This document shows, piece by piece, positions 31,053-39,794 of a stretch of 43,742 bases of DNA. The stretch is from Deltaproteobacteria bacterium (GTDB taxonomy: Bacteria; Desulfobacterota; Binatia; UBA12015), in the NCBI GenBank assembly GCA_046583355.1, contig JAYGCM010000006.1, positions 1-43,742 of the forward strand, read 5' to 3'. The position numbers and the translations under genes are program-made. Position 1 is the stretch's first letter, and each line of letters starts with the position of its first letter. The notes under the pieces were generated by a model that was given only the letters and a program-made list of their open reading frames with translations, had not been told where the DNA came from and did no database searches.

Positions 31053-31298
31053 ATGGAGCAGCAGGACCAAGAGGTCATTCAGTCCCTTCTCGACCACGAT
31101 TTTGAATTGCGCCGGCATTATGCCGAGCATGTCGATCTTGAAAGGCAGATCAAAGCCTTCAACGGACAACCTTCGTTGAGTTCCTCGGAGGAGATGACCC
31201 GCAAGTCGCTTCAGAAGAAAAAACTTGCCGGCAAAGATCGCATGATGGCGATCGTCAGCCGGCTGCGCTCGGTCGAGGCAATCGCCGCACCGGGTTGA
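31053..31298 (+). CDS. DUF465/YdcH-family small coiled-coil protein
   Basis: ELRRHYAEHVDLE...LQKKKLAGKDRM; TAAGGAG RBS. Confidence 0.85.
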   Translation: MEQQDQEVIQSLLDHDFELRRHYAEHVDLERQIKAFNGQPSLSSSEEMTRKSLQKKKLAGKDRMMAIVSRLRSVEAIAAPG

Positions 31299-31302
31299 CC
31301 CT

Positions 31303-31343
31303 CGCGAAGCCCCGGCCGGAAACGGTCGGGGCTTTCGTGTTTC
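31303..31343 (+). terminator. Intrinsic terminator after the DUF465 gene
   Basis: AAGCCCCGGCCG-GAAA-CGGTCGGGGCTT stem with a GNRA loop, followed by TCGTGTTT. Confidence 0.7.
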
Positions 31344-31421
31344 ACGCCTGTAGGCGGGCGGTGGCGCTGCGCGCGCCGGAGCCAGTGGACCTCTGCATGA
31401 CCAATAGCTAAACGCTTGCGC

Positions 31422-32000
31422 ATGCAGCACATTATTTCTGTGCTCGTCGAGAACGAGTTCGGAGTCCTGGCAAAGGTCTCCGGTTTGTTCTCCGGACGGG
31501 GCTTCAATATCGAGAGCCTTTGCGTCGCAGAGACGCGTGATCCCGATATCTCGCGGATCACGCTCGTGACCAGCGGCGACGATAAGGTTCTCCAGCAGGT
31601 CACCAAGCAGCTCAACAAGCAGGTCAATGTTGTCAAAGTTTGCGACTTCAGCGACGCGCCCTCGGTTGAGCGCGAACTCGTTCTGATCAAGGTCGCCGTG
31701 ACGTCGCAGACGCGCGGTGACGTGCTGAGCGTGATCAATATCTTTCGCGGCAAGGTCGTCGATGTTGCCGCATCCTCTTATGTGGTCGAGGTCACGGGTA
31801 CGCCGGATAAAACCGAAGCGTTGCTCAGCCTCCTCGAACCCTTCGGTATCCTCGAAATCGTTCGGACCGGCGTGGTGGCGCTGTGGCGGGGACCGGATGT
31901 GCTCGCGCATGCGCCTCGCGAGGCAGCACCCGAGGTCGACCAGAGCGGCGAGCACGAAGGCAGAATTCATCGCGACGGCTCGGAAGCCGATTTCGTTTAA
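31422..32000 (+). CDS. ilvN: Acetolactate synthase small (regulatory) subunit
   Basis: ISVLVENEFGVLAKVSGLFSGRGFNIESL ACT domain, KQLNKQVNV, ERELVLIKV, EIVRTG. Confidence 0.95.
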   Translation: MQHIISVLVENEFGVLAKVSGLFSGRGFNIESLCVAETRDPDISRITLVTSGDDKVLQQVTKQLNKQVNVVKVCDFSDAPSVERELVLIKVAVTSQTRGDVLSVINIFRGKVVDVAASSYVVEVTGTPDKTEALLSLLEPFGILEIVRTGVVALWRGPDVLAHAPREAAPEVDQSGEHEGRIHRDGSEADFV

Positions 32001-32015
32001 GGAGTAAATGTAAAA

Positions 32016-33038
32016 ATGGCATTGAAGGTCTACACCGATAAAGACGCGAACCTCGACCTCATCAAGGGGAAGAGGATCGCCGTGCTTGGCTACGGTTCGC
32101 AGGGGCATGCGCATGCGCTGAACCTGCAGGAGAGTGGGGCCGACGTCCGCGTCGGCTTGCGCGCCGATAGCGCGTCTCGCGCCAAGGTTACGGCCGCTGG
32201 CCTGGAGGTCATGGATACCGCCGCTGCTGCCCAATGGGCTCAGGTCGTCATGGTCCTGCTGCCCGATGAAATGCAATCCGACTCGTTCGAGAACGAGATT
32301 GCGGCTGGGCTTGAGCCGGGTGATTCGCTCGCCTTCGGGCATGGCTTCAATTTCCATTTCAAAAAGATCGTTCCCGCCGAGGGGATCAATGTCTTCATGG
32401 TCGCGCCCAAGGGACCCGGACATCTGGTGCGCAGCGAGTACCAGGGTGGCCGCGGCGTTCCCTGCCTGATCGCGATCGGCCAGGACCCCAGTGGTGATAC
32501 CCGCGACCTCGCGCTCTCCTACGCCAGCGCGATCGGTGGTGGCCGTGCTGCCATCATCGAGACGACCTTCCGCGAAGAGACCGAGACCGATCTCTTCGGT
32601 GAGCAAGCCGTTCTTTGTGGCGGGCTGACCGAGCTCATTCGGGCCGGTTACGAGACCCTGGTCGAGGCCGGCTACGACCCCGATATGGCCTATTTCGAGT
32701 GCATGCACGAGGTCAAGCTGATTGTCGACCTGATGTACGAGGGCGGCATCGCCAATATGCGCTACTCGATCAGCAACACAGCCGAATACGGCGATCTGAC
32801 CCGCGGTAAGCGAGTGATCGGTACCGAGGCGCGCACGGCGATGAAGGAGATTCTCGCCGAGATTCAGGAAGGCAAATTCGCGGACGAGTGGCTCACCGAG
32901 TACCGCTGCGGCCTGCCGCATTTCAAGGAATTGCGCACCGAGGCGGAGCACCACCCGATCGAAGCAGTCGGCGCGCGGCTGCGTGGGCTGATGCCTTGGA
33001 TGAAATCCGGGCGTCTTGTCGACAAATCCCGGAATTAA
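32016..33038 (+). CDS. ilvC: Ketol-acid reductoisomerase
   Basis: [38 protein letters not shown]. Confidence 0.98.
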   Translation: MALKVYTDKDANLDLIKGKRIAVLGYGSQGHAHALNLQESGADVRVGLRADSASRAKVTAAGLEVMDTAAAAQWAQVVMVLLPDEMQSDSFENEIAAGLEPGDSLAFGHGFNFHFKKIVPAEGINVFMVAPKGPGHLVRSEYQGGRGVPCLIAIGQDPSGDTRDLALSYASAIGGGRAAIIETTFREETETDLFGEQAVLCGGLTELIRAGYETLVEAGYDPDMAYFECMHEVKLIVDLMYEGGIANMRYSISNTAEYGDLTRGKRVIGTEARTAMKEILAEIQEGKFADEWLTEYRCGLPHFKELRTEAEHHPIEAVGARLRGLMPWMKSGRLVDKSRN

Positions 33039-33051
33039 CAAGGAAGAGTCA

Positions 33052-33726
33052 TTGCCGGCTTCGGAAAATAGAGGGAACCTGCTGGCGCCTGACGGGATCT
33101 TTCCGGTCTTCGGTATGCTGGGCGCGGGGCTTGTCGCGGCGTTTCTCGCCGTGACGATCTCGCCCTGGTTCTGGTGCCTGGCCGTACCCGTGCTGGTGTT
33201 CGGGCTCTTCTTGGCTTGGTTCTTCCGTGACCCGACGCGAACGCCCTTGGGTGGCGTGAACGATCTGGTCTCGCCAGCCGATGGGCGTGTTCTGGCCGCC
33301 GAGGCCGGTTTTGTCGACGATCGCTTCTTGAACGAGACAGTGACGCGGATCAGTATCTTCATGTCGCCGGTCGATGTGCATGTGAACCGCAACCCGCTCG
33401 ACGGCGAGGTCCTGGCCGTGCACTACAATCCGGGTCGTTATTTCGCTGCCTATTCCCACAAGGCATCGCTCGATAACGAGCAGAACGCCGTGGTGATGAA
33501 GGCAAGCGAGGGTCGGCGGCTTGCCTATGTGCAGATCGCCGGGTTTCTCGCCCGGCGCATCGTGTGCAATCTGGCCGCGGGCGATCAGTGCGTTCGCGGT
33601 GAGCGCATGGGCATGATCAAACTGGGCTCGCGGGTGGATATCTTCGTTCCCGGCAGCTTTCGCCTGGATGTGCAGCCGGGCGATCGGGTCAGTGCAGGCG
33701 AAACCATTCTCGGCCGCCTCGAATGA
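33052..33726 (+). CDS. psd: Phosphatidylserine decarboxylase proenzyme
   Basis: FFRDP, SPADG, FMSPVDVHVNR, KLGSRVD self-cleavage motif; TTG start at 33052 after AAGGAAG. Confidence 0.93.
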   Translation: MPASENRGNLLAPDGIFPVFGMLGAGLVAAFLAVTISPWFWCLAVPVLVFGLFLAWFFRDPTRTPLGGVNDLVSPADGRVLAAEAGFVDDRFLNETVTRISIFMSPVDVHVNRNPLDGEVLAVHYNPGRYFAAYSHKASLDNEQNAVVMKASEGRRLAYVQIAGFLARRIVCNLAAGDQCVRGERMGMIKLGSRVDIFVPGSFRLDVQPGDRVSAGETILGRLE

Positions 33727-34541
33727 CTTCACGATCACGAAAAATCCGCCTGATCCAGGAAGACGGCGAGCGTGCCCATCCGCTGCGCCGCGGGGTCTAT
33801 TTGTTGCCGAATCTCGTCACGACGGCGACGATCTTTCTCGGCTTCTACGCGATTCTGGCCTCGACCCGGGGTGATTTCTTCAGCGCCGCAATCTGCATCG
33901 TGGTGGCGCATGTTTGTGACGGACTCGATGACCGCATCGCTCGCCTGACCAATACGACGAGCCAATTCGGCGTCGAATACGATTCGCTGGCCGACCTCGT
34001 AGCCTTCGGCGTGGCGCCGGGCGTGATTGCCTATTTCTGGGCGCTGCAACCCTTCGGTGCCTGGGGCTGGCTTGCGGCCTCGCTCTTCGTGGTCTGCGGG
34101 GCTTTGCGCCTCGCGCGCTTCAACGTCCAGGCCCCGACGGTGGAGAAAAGCACCTTTACTGGTCTGCCGATCCCGGCTGCGGCCGATATGCTGGCCGCGA
34201 CCGTCCTCCTCTACGAGTATTTCGGGGTCGATACGGACGCCAGCCGGCATGTGGTGCTGCCCATCCTGGTTTACTCTCTGGCGCTGCTGATGGTCAGCAA
34301 CTTCCGTTATTATAGCTTCAAGGACATCAACCTGCGTTCGCGCCAGCCCTTTTCCATGTTGGTGGGCTTCGTGATTCTCTCGATGCTGGTGATTGCCGAG
34401 CCTCAGCTCATGCTCTTTGGTGGGTTGCTGATCTACGTAGGCTCCGGTCCGGTGAATTGGCTCCTCGGACGGGGCCGTGACCAAGCCGATATGGTCGCGG
34501 AACCACCGCCGTCCGCAGCGGATGGCGAGAAGAAAAACTGA
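33723..34541 (+). CDS. pssA: CDP-diacylglycerol--serine O-phosphatidyltransferase
   Basis: LPNLVT, DGLDDRIAR...GVEYDSLADLVAFGVAP, ALRLARFN, FTGLPIP. Confidence 0.93.
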   Translation: MTSRSRKIRLIQEDGERAHPLRRGVYLLPNLVTTATIFLGFYAILASTRGDFFSAAICIVVAHVCDGLDDRIARLTNTTSQFGVEYDSLADLVAFGVAPGVIAYFWALQPFGAWGWLAASLFVVCGALRLARFNVQAPTVEKSTFTGLPIPAAADMLAATVLLYEYFGVDTDASRHVVLPILVYSLALLMVSNFRYYSFKDINLRSRQPFSMLVGFVILSMLVIAEPQLMLFGGLLIYVGSGPVNWLLGRGRDQADMVAEPPPSAADGEKKN

Positions 34542-34629
34542 TGATTTATGCGGTTCCCGCCCTTGCTTCCCGGGTTGAAACAGGTTTCAAGGGCACGGGC
34601 TTTTTTTCCCCGCACTATGAGGTGATTGC

Positions 34630-35421
34630 GTGAACTCCGAGTACGGATTTGAGACCTGGATGTCTGAGCCAGTATCGACCTATGCAGGTACGATTGACTG
34701 GCTGATGGGCCTCCTTCATTGGGTCATGTTGGCGATGTTCGTGATCTGGGGCGCGTATTTTGTCTATTGCCTCTTCGCCTATCGGGCGAAGCCAGGCGGG
34801 CAGGCGGTCTACCACCAGACCGGCGAAAAAGCGTCCATGATTCCCGACGGACTCGTACTCGCATTCGAGATCTGGCTGATTATCGCTTTCGGAATCCCCG
34901 TCTGGGCCGAACTGAAGCAGGACACTCCGCCGCCGGAGCAATCGCTGGAAATCGTGCTCGTGGCGCAGCAATTCGCTTGGAATTTCCAATATGCTGGCCC
35001 CGACGGCAAATTCGGCCGGCGCGACGTCGCGCTGGTCAGCGCGTCGAACCCGATCGGCCTCGACGAGTCCGATCCGGCTGCGCAGGACGATATCCAGACC
35101 ACCAACAACCTCTTCGTGCCGGTCAATACACCGGTGATCCTGCGCATGACGTCCAAGGATGTCATCCACGATTTTCAGGTGACGAACTTCCGCAACAAAC
35201 AAGATATTCTGCCGGGGACCATGCAGACCTTGTGGTTCGAATCCGAGAAAACCGGCAAATTCGAGATCGCCTGCGCGCAACTCTGCGGCAGCAACCATGC
35301 CTCGATGGTCGGCAATGTATTTGTCGAGACGCAGGAAGATTACGACGAATGGATGCAGGAGCAGCTCGAAGATCGATTCGCCGAAGCCGGCGGTCCGATC
35401 CTCGGCGCGCCTCGTTCCTGA
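34630..35421 (+). CDS. coxB: Cytochrome c oxidase subunit II (CuA)
   Basis: Two TM helices, AQQFAWNFQY, SKDVIHDF, CAQLCGSNHASM CuA ligands. Confidence 0.93.
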   Translation: MNSEYGFETWMSEPVSTYAGTIDWLMGLLHWVMLAMFVIWGAYFVYCLFAYRAKPGGQAVYHQTGEKASMIPDGLVLAFEIWLIIAFGIPVWAELKQDTPPPEQSLEIVLVAQQFAWNFQYAGPDGKFGRRDVALVSASNPIGLDESDPAAQDDIQTTNNLFVPVNTPVILRMTSKDVIHDFQVTNFRNKQDILPGTMQTLWFESEKTGKFEIACAQLCGSNHASMVGNVFVETQEDYDEWMQEQLEDRFAEAGGPILGAPRS

Positions 35422-35450
35422 AACTGCGGATCCAGGGAGTATAGAGACCA

Positions 35451-37211
35451 ATGAGCGACCACGGGCACGCAGAGCCGACGACCTTTCTTCGGAAATGGGT
35501 TTTTTCCGTTGACCATAAGGTTATCGGAATCCAGTATCTGATCACTTCTTTCCTCTTCCTTTTGGTGGGCTTCGGCATGATGTTGCTGATGCGCTACCAG
35601 CTGGCGATGCCGGTTCCGGGCGACGATTTCGACCCCGAGAATCTCGGCATGGTACGCGGCATGGTGGCGTGGCTTTTCGGTGAGAACCTGATGCCCTATG
35701 GCTACATGTCGCCGGAGTTCTACAACCAACTCGGCGCCATGCACGGCACCATCATGATCTTCCTGGGCGTGGTCCCTCTGGGGGTCGCGGCCTTTGGCAA
35801 CTACGTCTTGCCGCTGCAGATCGGCGCGGACGATATGGCCTTCCCGCGCCTGAATATGATGTCCTATTGGGTCTACCTGGTCGGCGGCATCGTGATGATG
35901 TCGGCCTTCCTGGCGCCGGGCGGAGCCGCCCAATCGGGCTGGACATCCTACCCACCGCTCTCTGTGGTAGCGCCTCCGGGGCAGACGATCTGGCTGATCG
36001 CGATGATTCTCATCATCACCTCCTCGCTCTTCGGCGCGATCAACTTCATCGTCACGACGCTCAATATGCGCGCCAAGGGCATGACGCTTGGGCGGATGTC
36101 GATCTTCTGCTGGTCGCAGCTCGTATGCGCGGTGCTGCTGCTCCTCGCTTTCCCGGTGCTCGAAGCCGGCGCGGTCTTGCAGCTTCTCGACCGCGTCGCG
36201 GGCACCAGCTTCTACATCCCCAAAGATATGATGTACGGCGCGACCGTCTTCCCGGCCGCGGGCGGCGGCAATCCGCTTCTGTGGCAGCATCTTTTCTGGT
36301 TCCTGGCCCATCCTGAGGTTTACGTCCTCCTCCTTCCGGCCATGGGCATCGTCTTCGAGATCTTTGCGGCGAATACCCGCAAACCGCCTTTCGGCTACAA
36401 AGAAGCCGTAGGCTCGATGATTCTCATCGGCGCGCTCAGCTTCGTTGTCTGGGCGCATCATATGTTCGTCTCCGGAATGCGAACGAGTCTGGCGAACCTC
36501 TTTGTCACCACGACAATGACGATTTCGGTACCCTCGGTGGCTATCCTGACCTGCATGTTGCTCAGCCTGCGCGGGGCACAGATACGCTTCAATACCCCGA
36601 TGCTCTTCGCGCTCGCCTTCGTGCCGATGTTCGGCATCGGCGGGCTGACAGGGCTGCCGCTGGGTTTCGCGCCGACCGACCTCTACCTGCACGATACATA
36701 CTACGTCATCGGCCATTTCCATTACGTCGTGGCGCCGGGCAGTCTCATCGCTTTGCTCGGTGCGACCTATTTCTGGTTCCCCAAAATGTTCGGCCGCATG
36801 ATGAACGAAAAACTTGGCAAGATTCATTTCTGGATGACGGTTATCCCGATGAACTTCGTCTTCTTCCCGATGCTCTTCCAGGGCATGTGGGGGATGCAGC
36901 GGCGCCTCTCCGACCCGACTCTGCAATGGCATAATCTGCCGGTGCAGGGCTGGAATTACGTCATCAGTGCTGCTGCTGTGGTGCTGTTGATCGGCCAGCT
37001 TCCCTTCATCTTCAATTTCTTCAACAGCATTTGGAACGGCAAAGAGGCCGGCGACAACCCCTGGGAGGCGACCACGCTCGAGTGGGCCTGTCCCTCACCG
37101 CCGCCGCACGGGAACTTTGAGCACCCGCCCGAGGTCTATCGTGGTCCCTACGAATATAGTGTCCCTGGCCGCGACAAAGATTTCTGGCCACAGGACGACG
37201 ACGGCGCCTAG
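35451..37211 (+). CDS. coxA: Cytochrome c oxidase subunit I (A-family heme-copper oxidase, atypical helix VIII)
   Basis: DHKVIG, MHGTIMIF, DMAFPRLN, GWTSYPPLS, HPEVY, WAHHM, HDTYYVIGHFHY, GMQRR. Confidence 0.97.
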   Translation: MSDHGHAEPTTFLRKWVFSVDHKVIGIQYLITSFLFLLVGFGMMLLMRYQLAMPVPGDDFDPENLGMVRGMVAWLFGENLMPYGYMSPEFYNQLGAMHGTIMIFLGVVPLGVAAFGNYVLPLQIGADDMAFPRLNMMSYWVYLVGGIVMMSAFLAPGGAAQSGWTSYPPLSVVAPPGQTIWLIAMILIITSSLFGAINFIVTTLNMRAKGMTLGRMSIFCWSQLVCAVLLLLAFPVLEAGAVLQLLDRVAGTSFYIPKDMMYGATVFPAAGGGNPLLWQHLFWFLAHPEVYVLLLPAMGIVFEIFAANTRKPPFGYKEAVGSMILIGALSFVVWAHHMFVSGMRTSLANLFVTTTMTISVPSVAILTCMLLSLRGAQIRFNTPMLFALAFVPMFGIGGLTGLPLGFAPTDLYLHDTYYVIGHFHYVVAPGSLIALLGATYFWFPKMFGRMMNEKLGKIHFWMTVIPMNFVFFPMLFQGMWGMQRRLSDPTLQWHNLPVQGWNYVISAAAVVLLIGQLPFIFNFFNSIWNGKEAGDNPWEATTLEWACPSPPPHGNFEHPPEVYRGPYEYSVPGRDKDFWPQDDDGA

Positions 37212-37240
37212 CCGGTGTTGCGAGTATCAGGAGACGTACA

Positions 37241-37822
37241 GTGAGTAGTCAAGCACCTGCAAATACATCCACAGGCATCTCGAACGCGAAGCTCGGCATC
37301 TGGTGCTTCCTGGCATCCGAGATCATGCTCTTCGGCGGGCTCTTGAGTGCCTATGTGATTCTCAATACCGGCTCGGCCCATATGGTCACGCCGCCGCGCT
37401 CCATGATGGGGGTGCCCTTGGCAACCCTCAACACCTTCGTGCTGATCTCCAGCTCGGTGGCGATGGTGTTGGCGATGTCGGCCATTCAGGAAAACAATAT
37501 CGCCCGCTTCAAGCAGTGGATGTACTGCGTACTTGGCGGCGCGGGAATGTTCCTGATGATCAAGAGCTACGAGTACCAGCATAAATGGCATGAGGGCATC
37601 ACGATCTCGAGCAACCTCTTCGGGTCCTTCTATTATACTCTGACCGGGTTGCACGCGCTGCATATCATCGGCGGCATCGGCGCTCTCTCGTACATCCTCT
37701 ATGAGGGTGCGAAGGGTCGTTACGGCCCGGATAACTACGAACGGGTCGAGTGTGTCGGCCTGTATTGGCATTTTGTGGATCTGGTCTGGGTTCTCCTTTT
37801 CCCGATTCTCTATCTGCTCTAG
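37241..37822 (+). CDS. coxC: Cytochrome c oxidase subunit III (short 5-helix form)
   Basis: FLASEIMLFGG, LTGLHALH, GLYWHFVDLVW. Confidence 0.95.
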   Translation: MSSQAPANTSTGISNAKLGIWCFLASEIMLFGGLLSAYVILNTGSAHMVTPPRSMMGVPLATLNTFVLISSSVAMVLAMSAIQENNIARFKQWMYCVLGGAGMFLMIKSYEYQHKWHEGITISSNLFGSFYYTLTGLHALHIIGGIGALSYILYEGAKGRYGPDNYERVECVGLYWHFVDLVWVLLFPILYLL

Positions 37823-37838
37823 AAGATTTGAGGCGAGC

Positions 37839-38240
37839 ATGAGCAACGCAGCAAACGAACCATCCGGCGCCGGCATGAGCGACGAAATCCGCACCTACCT
37901 CAAGGTCTTCGCGACGCTGGGGGCGCTGACGGCGATGACCGTCGGGGTGGCCTATATGGACCTTCCCCAATCGATGGCCGTCATCATCGCGCTTCTGATC
38001 GCGGTGACGAAGGCCTCGCTGATCGGGGCTTTCTTCATGCACCTGCGCCACGAAGGAAAGTTCATCAAGTTCTCGATCGGTATCTGCCTGATGTTGGTAA
38101 TGGTCCTCTTGCTCCTCGTGGTGCCGGATATCGGCGTCCTCGAAGAAGAGATCCGCAGCTCGCAGGCGCGCGAAATTGCTGCGCATGAGCATTATAGCGG
38201 CCTGGCGGCTCAGGCGGCCGGGCACGGCGAAGGCCACTGA
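37839..38240 (+). CDS. Cytochrome c oxidase subunit IV family protein
   Basis: YLKVFATLGALT, IAVTKASLIGAFFMHLRHE; three TM helices; His-containing C-tail. Confidence 0.88.
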   Translation: MSNAANEPSGAGMSDEIRTYLKVFATLGALTAMTVGVAYMDLPQSMAVIIALLIAVTKASLIGAFFMHLRHEGKFIKFSIGICLMLVMVLLLLVVPDIGVLEEEIRSSQAREIAAHEHYSGLAAQAAGHGEGH

Positions 38241-38241
38241 A

Positions 38242-38517
38242 ATGAATGCGGCCAGCTTGCGGCGCGGAGCCCTTGCGCTCCTGAGCTTCGCCTGGCTCGT
38301 ATTGCCGCAGACCGCCGCGGCCTGCTTCGTTTGCTACGGCGGCGAGGACAACGATTGGACCCCGGCTTTTGTCTCGGGGACCATCATGATGCTCGGCCTG
38401 CCGCCGGCGATCGTGCTCGGTGCGGGTTTTGCGATCTACCGCTCGATCAAGCGCACGGAAGCCTACCAGGCACAGGCAGCCGCTGACGACGCGGACTCCT
38501 CCAAGCGGCCGGACTAA
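38242..38517 (+). CDS. Small membrane protein with signal peptide and N-terminal CxxC (AAA-CFVC), unknown function
   Basis: ATG 2 nt after the subunit IV stop; signal peptide, CFVCYG, one TM helix. Confidence 0.75.
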   Translation: MNAASLRRGALALLSFAWLVLPQTAAACFVCYGGEDNDWTPAFVSGTIMMLGLPPAIVLGAGFAIYRSIKRTEAYQAQAAADDADSSKRPD

Positions 38518-38591
38518 GCCACCGCGGCCAACCCGGAGGCAGGCCTGCTTTCCGGTGCGCCTCCAAGCAAGCTTGGACCGGGGCGGGGCGA

Positions 38592-39785
38592 TCAGGCGGG
38601 GCGGCGCTGGGTCAGGGCGAGGGCGTTGTGGCGCAGGATTTTCTGTTGCGTAGCAGCGTCGAACTCGGTGAGTTCCGTGACATAATCGAGCGGCTTGGGC
38701 ATGCCTTCGATATGCGGCCAATCCGAGCCGAAGATCACATGCTCGGCGCCCATCAGGGATTCCACCTCGTAGACATCGTCTTCCCAAAAGGGGTTGATCC
38801 AGACGTGTTCGCGGAAGAGTTCCACCGGATCTTCTTTGTAGTAGCCGGTCACGGCAAGGCGGTCGCGCGATTGGCGTAGCTTGCGCAGCAGATCGGGCAG
38901 GAATTCGGCACCGTTCTCCACCGAGGCGACGCGTAGGTTGCCGAAGCGCTCAAAGAGGCGATCGTAGGCCAGGGTGATGAGGAAATCGTAGCCGGCCCGC
39001 TCGATATTGAGGTGCTTGATATTCGGCATCATGGGACCGCCGACGCCGCTGGCGCTGAAGCCGTCGGGGACATAGCCGTGCGTTGTATAACCCGAGTCCG
39101 AGGCATGCACGACGACGGTGATGCCGGCTTCGTTCACCCGCGCCCAGAAGGGATCGAATTTGGGATGGGCGGGTGAGAGCGGCCCTTCGTCGGGCGTAAA
39201 GACGGCGGCCGGGCGCAGGACGATGATCCGCGCATCGCGGCCCAGCGCCCATTCGAGCTCCTTGCAGGCGAAGTCGACGTCGCAGAGCGAAATATAGGGC
39301 GCGGCGAAGATCTTGTTTTTATAGTTGCAGCCCCAATCTTCGTCGAGCCAGCGATTGAAGGCACAGAAGAGCGTTTTGACCGCTTCGGTATCGTGCTTGA
39401 GGAGTTCTTCGTAGAGAACCCCGAGGGTGGGGAAGAGCCAGATGCCCTGCAAGCCCTGTTCTTCGATCCGCCCGACGCGGGCGTCCTTGTTCATATAATA
39501 ATCGGGCAGTGGTTCGCGCGCCGCCAGCAGGTCTTTGGGGCTGATCTTGTTCGGGTTGCCGCGCAGGAACTCGGAGATCGCACCCGGCATGGCGATCGGG
39601 TTCCAAGTCGGGTTGGAGACAGCATGGGCGAGCTTGCCGCCGACGATATGATGCTTGCGTCCGCCGATCTCGGCCCATTGTACGCAGCGTGCCTGCATGG
39701 CCGCAGGCACGTGGCGGGTGAAGGCATCCGCCGCCTCGTAATAATGGTTGTCTGCGTCGAAGGGGCGTTCGTCCGTAGTGCTCAC
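38592..39785 (-). CDS. Amidohydrolase family protein (amidohydro_2-like)
   Basis: FDADNHYYE, FPTLG, VVVHASD, SVENG, FGSDWPHIEG. Confidence 0.88.
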   Translation of the reverse strand: MSTTDERPFDADNHYYEAADAFTRHVPAAMQARCVQWAEIGGRKHHIVGGKLAHAVSNPTWNPIAMPGAISEFLRGNPNKISPKDLLAAREPLPDYYMNKDARVGRIEEQGLQGIWLFPTLGVLYEELLKHDTEAVKTLFCAFNRWLDEDWGCNYKNKIFAAPYISLCDVDFACKELEWALGRDARIIVLRPAAVFTPDEGPLSPAHPKFDPFWARVNEAGITVVVHASDSGYTTHGYVPDGFSASGVGGPMMPNIKHLNIERAGYDFLITLAYDRLFERFGNLRVASVENGAEFLPDLLRKLRQSRDRLAVTGYYKEDPVELFREHVWINPFWEDDVYEVESLMGAEHVIFGSDWPHIEGMPKPLDYVTELTEFDAATQQKILRHNALALTQRRPA

Positions 39786-39794
39786 GGTGTTCCT

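Noticed and set aside
31344..31421. Possible ilvB remnant or ilv leader-peptide attenuator
   Set aside because: No frame convincingly resembles the IlvB C-terminus, and there is no Ile/Leu/Val-rich leader ORF before the hairpin, which directly follows the DUF465 stop
30921..33392. 823 aa minus-strand ORF and other long antisense ORFs (e.g. 14988-16946, 35340-36932, 7049-8503, 29032-30399)
   Set aside because: They lie opposite well-supported genes, have no recognisable motifs, and are the expected shadow ORFs of high-GC codon bias
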